NCBI GenBank assembly: GCA_965248145.1
Contig: OZ252091.1
Span: 3,218,082 to 3,282,081 of the forward strand
From: Gammaproteobacteria bacterium
GTDB lineage: Bacteria; Pseudomonadota; Gammaproteobacteria; Eutrophobiales; Eutrophobiaceae
Length of the DNA: 64,000 nt
Reading direction: 5' to 3'
Within the stretch, counting starts at the first letter, position 1, and each line of letters opens with the position of its first letter. The position numbers and the translations under genes are program-made. Shown here piece after piece: positions 48,906 to 58,200 of the stretch. The notes beneath the pieces were generated by a model. That model ran no database searches, was not told the DNA's origin, and saw only the letters and a list, made by a program, of their open reading frames with translations.

Positions 48906-48958
48906 CAAGGTGTCGCCCCCTGCTCAACACCATGCTGGGGCAGGCTCCGGCGACTCCT
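48906..48958. repeat. 53-bp perfect direct repeat, right copy
   Basis: Identical to 47799-47851. Confidence 0.85.
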
Positions 48959-49125
48959 TGCCCACTGAGTTAACGAACCAAAAAACGCAATCACATCGCA
49001 GTTGCACTCAGCGCCTGTCTGTGTCATCATCCTGCTATTGTTTCATTACAGGAATATTATTGTGAATATAAAACAGTTAACCGGCGTTCCCATGGCACCT
49101 TTAACATCCACAGATGGTGACCTTT

Positions 49126-49134
49126 ATGGTATAA
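49126..49134 (+). promoter_or_regulatory. extended -10 promoter element TGgTATAAT upstream of the giant autotransporter gene
   Basis: tggtataat at 49126-49134. No convincing -35 element at 17-bp spacing. Confidence 0.4.
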
Positions 49135-49142
49135 TGGCGGGT

Positions 49143-49191
49143 AGCCGACAGCCGACAGCCGACAGCCGACAGCCGACAGCCGACAGCCGAG
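49143..49191 (+). repeat. heptanucleotide simple sequence repeat (AGCCGAC)x6 plus AGCCGAG in the leader of the autotransporter gene
   Basis: A perfect 7-bp tandem tract lies 28 bp upstream of ATG 49219 and immediately downstream of the TATAAT box. The copy number was deduced from the translation of ORF 49002-49265 (SRQPTADSRQPTADSRA). Confidence 0.85.
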
Positions 49192-49218
49192 CTATGTCTG
49201 GATTCGCCGGGGCGCGCC

Positions 49219-52200
49219 ATGCCTCAGCTAGCGGGCGCCTCCGGGCTGCGAGAATGCCCACCTGAATCTTTCTACTCCGCGTCCCCATCGCGCGGGGATT
49301 TCCCTCAGACCTCATCGTTCCGCCGCATCGCGGCGGCCTCGCGTGGGCTGCTTCGGGCAGCGGCTACGCTCGCGTTCGTCGCGTCCATCGCCATCCCGGC
49401 GTCGGCTCAGGCCGCCGAACTGGTCAGCAACTTCGACCAGACCGGCGACACGAGTAACGGTGTGAGTAGGGCAGTCGCGCAACAGTTCACGACGGGTACG
49501 AACTCGGGCGGCTACACGCTGACCAACATCAAGTTCAAGTCCGAGGACACCGATGGCGATTCCTACTCGGTGTCGGTGTGCACGGTTCTCGCTTCGGGAT
49601 TTCCCGACGAGACAGACTGCACGGCGCTCACCGCGCCGAGCGGCACTAATGCCTTCGCGGCCGGGACCCACACTTTCGCCGCGCCGGACGCCACCACGCT
49701 CAAGAAGGAGACGAAATACACCGCGCTCATCACCATCCCAGACACAGAAAATGTCACCCTTGACGCGACAACCTCCAATGGCGAGGACACCGGCGGCGCC
49801 GCCGGATGGACGATCGCAGATGCATACGATTTCAAGAACTCTTTTAATGTGTGGGGTACAGCCCCCCCCCCATTTGGCTCGGAGATTCGCATCGAGATCA
49901 ACGGGGAGACCCCACCGACAGTCTCCTCGGTAGCGGTCACCTCGACGCCGAGCGCGGCCAGCGATACCTACGGGGCGGGCGAGGAGATCGAGTTCACCGT
50001 CACCTTTTCGGAGGCGGTCGAGGTGAGCGCGGGCCAACCGCATTTCGAGTTCGCGCTCGGCAACTCGGGCAGCCCATCCGTGGACAAGGATGCGACCTAC
50101 CAGAGTGGCTCGGGCTCCACGGCGCTGGTGTTCGCCTACACGGTGGTGGCCGCCGACATGGACGACAACGGCATCTGGGTCGGAGATCAGTCGCGTACCC
50201 TGATGCTCGACACCGGCGAATACATCCGCGCCGTGGACGACCAGACCTCGGCCACGCTCACCCACGCCGCACTAAGCACGCAATCCGGCCACAAGGTGGA
50301 CGGCAGCCTGATGGTTACCAACAACGCCCCGGTATTCCCGGCCGAGGCGTCGACGCGCGAGTTGACGGAGAACGTGGCGGCGAACGTGAATGTCGGCGCC
50401 CCGGTGAGGGCGACCGACGGCGAAGGCGACACGCTGACCTATTCGTTCGGCGGGACGGACGTGGGCAAGTTCAATTTCAATGCGGCGACGCAACAGATCA
50501 CGACCAAGTCGGGCCAGACTTACGACTACGAGACGGATGCGTCCTACACGGTGACGGTCACGGCGACCGACGGCACGACGCCGACCACCGTCACCGTGAC
50601 CATCAATGTGATCGACCTGCCCGCGATCAGCATCGCGCCAGAGCCAGGGAAGGCGCGGCTGCTGATTACGGCGGGAGTGGTCTCGGTCGATCTGTCCGGG
50701 TCGCCGCGGCCCTCTGGCAACCTTACGATCAACTTTTCCGCGCAGCAGGACCATGACTGGTTCTCGAGTTCCTCTCTTACGGGTAGTACGCACTACGACA
50801 GACCCGACGACGAATATGGGCAGCCCAGTTTCACTTTCCTAGCGGACGCGCCGGTAGAGAGCGGCGACTTCACGGTTACGCTGCAGCCGGGCGACGGCTA
50901 CGAGATCGGCACGGCGGCGGCGACCGTCGAGATCGTCGCGGCGGACCCGGTGATCACGGTGCGCGCGGCGGAGGCGGCCTACAGTTTCGGGGAAGGCGAC
51001 GGCACGGTGACGGTGACGCTCACGGCGGAGACCATCGCCGATGCGCCGAAGCCGAGAAATAGCATCTTTGTGAACTGGTCAACTACGGCGGGCACGGCGA
51101 CCGGCGGCGGCACGGATTTCGAGAACGGCAACGGCGAAGTCCTGTTCGGCTCGGGGAACTTCACGCAACAGGGCACCCGCTGGGTGGCGACCAAGGATAT
51201 CGAGGTCATCCTGGTGGACGACGCCGTGAAGGAAGAGACCGAACAGTTCCAGGTGACGCTCACGAGGCACTCCAGCCTGCACCCGCTGGTCAAGCTGGCG
51301 AACGTGGACAGGTCGCTGTGCGCGCCGGGCGTCAATTGCGGCACGACGGTCAACATCCTCGACAACGAACCCGGCGTGACGATCTCGAAGACGGCACTGG
51401 ACATCCTCGAAGGCGGCACCGGCAGCTACACGGTGGTGCTCGATTCTGAGCCGACGGCGACGGTGACGGTCACGCCGTCGCGCACCAGCGGCGATACGGA
51501 CATCACCGTGAGCGGCGCCCTCACCTTCACCACAACCACCTGGAGTGTGGCGCAGACGGTGACGGTCAGCGCGGCCGAGGATGATTCGGATTCGGATGTC
51601 GATAGGGCCGTGATCGGCCACGCGGTGAGCGGCGGCAACTACGCCTCGGTCACGGCCGCTTCGGTGGCCGTCACCGCGGCTGACAACGATGCGCCCGACG
51701 AGTCCGCCACCGGCAAGCCGACGATTTCAGGGACGGCGCAGGTCGGCCAGACGCTGATCGCGGCGAAGGGCAGCATCGACGACCCAAACGGGCTGACCAA
51801 GGCCGACAACGACGAGACGGGCTTCGCCTACACCTACCAGTGGATCCGGGTGGATTCCGACGGCACGTCGAACCCGATGAATGTCGGGACCGACTCCGAC
51901 GCCTACCCGCTGGTGGCGGCGGACGAGGACAAGCAGATCCGGGTCAGGGTGAGCTTCGTGGACGACAATGGCTACGCGGAGGCGCGGACGAGCGACCCGT
52001 ATCCGTCCTCGGACACGGTCCTGCCGTCTTCGGCGGTGAGCCTGTTGTTGTCGCCTGCATCGATCCGCGAGAACGGCGGCACGACCAGGATCAGGGCAAG
52101 GCTGAACGTGGAGTCGAGTGCCGAGACGACGGTCACGGTATCGGTCGAGCCGGTCCCGCCGGCGGTTGCCGGGGACTACGAGCTGAGCGCCAACACGGTG

Positions 52201-55200
52201 CTGACGATTCCCGTCGGGCGGACCTCCAGCACGGGCCTGGTGACGCTGACGGCGGTGAACAACGATGTGGACGCGGACGACAAGACGGTCATCATCCGGG
52301 GTGTTGCGGAGAACAGCGCGGGCGTTGGCGCTCCGGCGGAGCAGACGCTGACGATTGAGGACGACGATCAGGGCGTGCGGCTGAGCCCGACGTCGCTGAT
52401 GATCGATGAGGGCCGCAGCAAGGGCTACACGGTGGTGTTGGGGTCGCGACCCACGGGGTCGGTGACGGTGACGCCGCAGGTCACGGGCGGCATGGTGACG
52501 GTGTCGGGGCCGCTCGTGTTCACGCGGGACAACTGGGACGAGCCGCAGACGGTGACGGTGACGGCGGGCCAGGACGAGGACGAGGAGGACGAGACGGTCC
52601 AGGTGACGCACCTGGTGTCGGGCGCGGATTACGGCGGCTTCACCGCGGGCAGCGTGCGGGTGATGGTGAGCGACGACGACGGCGGCACGGGCGTGCTGGA
52701 GGTGGGTGTGTATGACGGCTCGGCCGGGGCCGGCGTCAAGGACCCGCCGCCGCGGGTGCATTTCGGGCAGCGGTTCCGGCTCGACCTGGTGTGGTCGCAT
52801 CTGCGCACCAAGCATTGGGCCAAGCCGCAGGGCGCGATCGGGCCGACCCGGGCGATCCGGGTGGTCGGCGGGACGGTGCGCCCGGTGCAGGGGCGGTTCA
52901 GCGTGTCCAGCCACGGCTGGGACCAGTCGCGCCTGACGCTCGAGGTCACGCCTGTGCCGAGCGCAGACAGCGACGACGTGACGCTGGTCCTGGAGCCGTT
53001 GGATTGCAGCAGCAATGACCCGAAGGCGCTGTGCTCGCTCGACCGCGGGAGGTGGACCGGCCTGGCGAAGCGGGTGCGCTTCACGGTGCGGGGCATCACC
53101 GGCGCACCGGTGATGGCGGCGGCGGAGCTGGACCTGACGGTGACCCCGCAGGAACGGCGCGGCAAGGATTCCTTCCTGGTGAGCTTCGACGCCGACGAGG
53201 AGGGGACGCGCTTCCGGCTGCAGATGCAGGAGGCCGGCGGGGACTGGTCGAGGAAGAGCGAGTGGACCGGGGCGATGCGCTCGGAGAACCAGCATCGGGT
53301 GACGGTCGACGGGGTGTCGCACGATGACGCCTACCAGTTCCGGGTGCGCTGGGAGAACCGCTTCGGGAATGGGCCGTGGGCGCAAGCGAGCACGGCCGGC
53401 GCGGCGCCGGCGGCGCCGACGGGGCTCAGGCTGACGCCGATGTACCAGGACAAGAGTCTGGCGCTCGCCTGGACCCCGGTGACGCAGGCCGGGGTGCGGA
53501 TCGAGCGGTTCCAGTACCGGATCGACCGAACCCGTAGCGAGGAACTGGTGATCCTTTCGGACACGGGGCCGATGCAATACCGGGGCAATTGGGTCGACAT
53601 CCCGAACAGCGGACGAGGCAACGCGAACTACCGTTCGTGGACGATCGGGGGACTCGCGAACATGTGGGCCGCCAGGATCCGCGTGCGTGCAGTGAACGAG
53701 TCAGGCCGTGCGGGCACGCCCTCAGCGGAAGCGGTGGCGCCGCTCGACGTGCCGCGGGTGGCGGACATCTCGATGGCGTCGGACCCCGGTGCCGACGGGT
53801 ACTACACGTACGGAAACAAGATCGGGATCAACGTGCGGCTGAGCCGTCCGGTCCGCATCCCGGGTAACGATCAGAGACCGTCACTGGACGTCGAGATCGG
53901 CGGCGGCGTGTACAGCATGGGGCTGGTGTCGATCCGGCAGTCGGTGGCGCATGAACTGATCGGACAGGCGCCGTGGTCGGGCGACGTGCTGTTGTTCGAG
54001 CACAGCCTTGGTACAGGTGACGTGGACCACAACGGGATCCGGGTACCGGCCAGCGCGCTCAAAGGCAATGGAGGACGGCTGCTCGACCTGACACCCGCGG
54101 GAGAGGGCCAGTTGGCGGACCTCGCCGTGAGCACGGCAAAAACCTTCCCGGCGCACAGGGTGAACACGGTCCCGCCGCGCATCGTGCGCATGACCTGGCA
54201 GCAGAACCTGGACGCGAACGGCGTGGTGCGGGGCGCCGAGGTGCGCATCCACTACGACCGCGACCTCGACCCGAATTCGAGACTCAGTCTCGACTGGAAT
54301 CAGTACCGGGTCGAGTATTCAGAGTCGCGGGCGCTCGGGCGCGACGTGACGGGCCTGAGCATCGGCGACGCCACCGACGACGGTGTCGATAACCCCCGGA
54401 CGGTGCGGCTGGTCCTGAAGCGGGTGGTCCATGGTTCGGGCGCCACCCCGCACAACAGCCCGCAGCTGAATGAGACCGTGTGGGTGACCTATACGGGAGT
54501 GGGAGTGAGTGGGAACAGCGGGCGGCGATTCGGCCCGTTCGATACGCTGGGGAACCCTGTCGCGGGCTTCACCCGGAGGGTGGCGGAGCACGTGACCGCG
54601 ACGCAGGCAGCGTTGGCGGCGGAGTTCCGGAACGTGCCGGCCGGGCACAACAGCCCGTTCACCTTCGAGGTGCATTTCAGCGAGGAGGTCACGCTCACCG
54701 AAGAGATGCTGCTGAACTCGGTCTTCACGGTGACGAATGGCACGGTGTCGGCCGCGCGGCGGCTCAATCCGCCGAGCAACATCGCCTGGGAGATCACGGT
54801 CGATTCATCCTCGGACGAAGCGGTGACGGTGGTGCTGCCGAAGACGACGGACTGCACGGCGGCGGGCGCGATCTGCACCTGGGACAACCGCCCGCTGTCG
54901 GCGGAGATCTCGGCGACGGTGGCTGGCCCGCCGACCGTGGTGACGAGTGTGGCGGCGACCAACGCACTGACGGCGGAGCTGCGGGACCTGCCGGAGAGCC
55001 ACGACGGGAGCGCGTTCACCTTCGAACTGCGCTTCAGCGAGGCATTCCCGATCAGCTACCTGACGCTGCGTGACCGTGCGTTCACGGTGACCAACGGACA
55101 TGTGACCGGGGCGAGACGCCTGGACAATCCGCACCACGAGTCCGCCGGTATGGAACCCAACCGGGAGTGGGAGATCACGGTCGAGCCCGGCACGGGCGCC

Positions 55201-58200
55201 GAAGAGGTGTCGATTATCCTCCCTGAAACGACCGACTGCACCGCGACCGGCGCCATCTGCACCGCGGACGACCGTGCACTGTCGGTGGGGGTAGCGGTGT
55301 TCATCGGGGCGGACTCGGAGGACGAGGAGGCGGTAGTGGTGGATGAGCCGACAGTGGAGCCGACACCGAACGCGACCGGCGCCCCGGTGATTACGGGCAC
55401 GACGCAGGTGGGTAAGACTCTGACCGCGGCGAAGGGCAGCATTGCCGACACCGACGGGCTGACCAGGGCCGACGCCAGCGCTACGGGCTACACCTACAGC
55501 TACCAGTGGATGCGGGTAGACGGCACGTCGAAGACCGGCATCACCGGCGCGACGTCAAGCGCCTACACGCTGGCCGCCGCCGATGAGGGTAAGAAGATCA
55601 AGGTCAAGGCGAGCTTCCGGGACGACGCCGGCACTGACGAGGCGCGCACCAGTGCGGCCACCGGGACGGTGGCGGCTGCGCCTCCGCCTCCGCCGCCGCC
55701 GCTCACGGCAGCGTTCTCCGACGTGCCGTCGACACATGACGGCTCAACGGCGTTCGTCATGCACTTCCGCCTCAGCGAGGAGCCGCACGACCTAAGCTAT
55801 GTCACGGTGCGCGACTCCGTGTTCGACGTGACCGGCGGGCGCATCGAGCGCGCCAAGCGGCTGACGCAGGGCAGTAACCAGGGCTGGGCCCTGCGGGTGG
55901 CGCCGTCCGGCGACGGCGACGTGACCGTGCGAGTGAAGAACACCACCGCGTGCACGAGCGGGCCGAAACTGTGTAGCGAAGACGGGCGCATGCTCGCAGG
56001 CGGTCTTCAGGTAAGTATCGAAGGCCCACCACCGCCGGCGCTGTCGGTGGCGGATGCGACAGTGCAAGAGGCCGCGGGGGCGACACTCGCCTTCGCAGTC
56101 ACCCTGGACCGGACGCCCAACACCGCGGTGACGGTCGACTACGCCACTGCGGACGGGACCGGGACCAGGCCCGCGAACGCGGGCACGGACTATACCGCAA
56201 CCAGTGGCACGCTCACCTTCGCCAGCGGGGAGAGCAGCAAGACCGTCTCGGTCGCCGTGCTTGATGACAGCCACGATGAGGGTGAGGAGACCATGTCCCT
56301 GACCTTGTCGAACCCGTCCGGCGCCAGTATCGCTGATGCCACGGCAACCGGGACCATCACCAACACCGATGCCATGCCGCTGGCCTGGCTGTCCCGCTTT
56401 GGCCGCACCGTGGGGACGCATGTAATGACCATGGTGGACGAGCGTATGCTGGCGGCCTCGCAGCAGGCGTCCCACCTGACGTTGAATGGCCGACAGTTGC
56501 AGTGGGGTACGCCGGGGCAGGCGGACCATGGCCTGTCCGACCGCGCACGGGCGTTACTCGGCAACTGGACCCGGGACCGGCAGTCGCTGGAGACCCTGCT
56601 GAGCGGGAACGTAGGCGGAAGCCCGCGCGAAGTCCTGTCCCGCAGTTCGTTCTATTGGAGTAATGTGCCCGTCCCCGGGTCGGATACAGGACAAGGAGTC
56701 GCCTCCGGCGACACAGTATCTGACTGGATGCCGGGTCAAGCCCGGCATGACGAAGGTGGTGCAGCCGGACCTGAGCCGCTCTGGCCGGACATGGGTCAAT
56801 CCCAAGATGGCGAAAGCAGCACTCCGTCATTCCCGCGAAAGCGGGAATCCAGTGAACAAACCGTCGCCGCAGGCGACACCTTATTCGACTGGACTCCGGG
56901 TCAAGCCCGGCATGACGAAGGTGGTGCAGCCGGACCTGAGCCGCTCTGGCCGGACATGGGTCAAGCCCAAGATGGTGAAAGCAGCACTCCGTCATTCCCG
57001 CGAACGCGGGAATCCAGTGGACAAACCGTCGCCTCCGGCGACACAGTATCTGACTGGATGCCGGGTCAAGCCCGGCATGACGAAGGTGGCGCAGCCGAGC
57101 CTGAGCCGGTCTGGCCGGGCGCAGCCGAGGCAGACACCGGGCCGCGCTGGTCGGTCTGGGGCCGCGGCATGATGACGGGCTTCAACGGCCAGGATGGCGA
57201 TGTGTCGCTCAACGGCGACGTGTTGACCGGCCTGCTGGCCGCAGACTACAGCCACGGCCGGCTGCTGGCCGGGGTGTCCCTGTCCTACAGTGACGGGCAC
57301 GGCAGCTACAGCCAACCCGGCGACCCACAGGGCAAGGTCAAGAGCACTCTCACCGGGGTCCATCCATACCTGCGTTACGAAGTGAACCAGAGCCTGTCGG
57401 TATGGGGCGTACTCGGCTACGGCCAGGGTGCAGTGACACTGACCCCGGGCAGTGCCGGGGACGCTGGGGACGGACTTAAGTCCGTCCCCGGAGAGGTCAT
57501 CGAGACCGACATGAGCATGGGCATGGGCGCCTTCGGGGCGCGCGGCACGCTGTTGTCCGGGAACGGCCTCAACCTGGCGCTGAAGTCGGACGTCCTGCTG
57601 GTGCGTACCGACGCACAGGACACCGACGGACTGGCGTCCCTGGATGCAGTGGACACCAGCCGCCTGCGCCTGGCCCTGGAGGGCTCGCGCATGCTCCAAT
57701 GGGCGAACGGGCGCAGCCTGCTGCCGGCCCTGGAACTGGGCCTGCGCTATGACGACGGCGATGCCGAGACCGGGTTCGGCGCCGAACTGGGTGGCCGGGT
57801 GCAATACCAGGATATGACCCTGGGCCTGACCGTGGCGACCCATGCCCGGGTCCTGCTCGCCCACGAGGACAGTGGCTATGAGGAATGGGGACTGGGCGGC
57901 TCGCTCAGCCTCGACCCCGGCGCCGCCGGACTGGGGGCGTCCCTGGACCTGCGCTCCTCCTGGGGCGCCGTGGCCAGCGGCATAGACGGGTTGTGGTCAC
58001 AACAGACCACCGCGGGTCTCGCGCGGGGCGGCATGGAGAGTAATCGTGCAATGCAGTTCGAGACCCGGTTGGGGTACGGCCTGGAGGTGCCCGGCGGGCG
58101 TAACCTCCTCACCCCGTACGGTGGCCTCACCCTGGCCGGCCCCAACTCCCGTGTGTACCGCCTGGGTGGCGTATTCAGACGCGGGGAGTTACTTGAGCTG

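Noticed and set aside
49143-49191. Possible CRISPR array (short tandem repeats)
   Set aside because: The repeat units are 7 bp and perfectly tandem with no spacers. The 165-nt units at 56698-57115 are coding and lack unique spacers. No cas genes are present. These are not CRISPR.
49002-49265. 87-aa ORF upstream of the adhesin gene as a real leader peptide gene
   Set aside because: Most of its 'protein' is translation of the heptanucleotide tract (SRQPTADSRQPTAD). It is out of frame with the adhesin. It matters only as a frame reference for the slippage argument.
51727-53577. 616-aa minus-strand ORF and the many other long antisense ORFs inside 49219-58281
   Set aside because: The high GC (about 65%) depletes stop codons in all frames. 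These ORFs are Arg/Pro/Gly-rich with low-complexity composition and overlap a gene with clear domain structure on the plus strand.
56357-56995. 212-aa minus-strand ORF with internal repeats (MTECCFHHLGLDPCPARAAQVRLHHLRHAGLDP x2)
   Set aside because: It is the reverse-frame translation of the in-frame MITE units inside the autotransporter gene, so its repetitiveness is an artefact.
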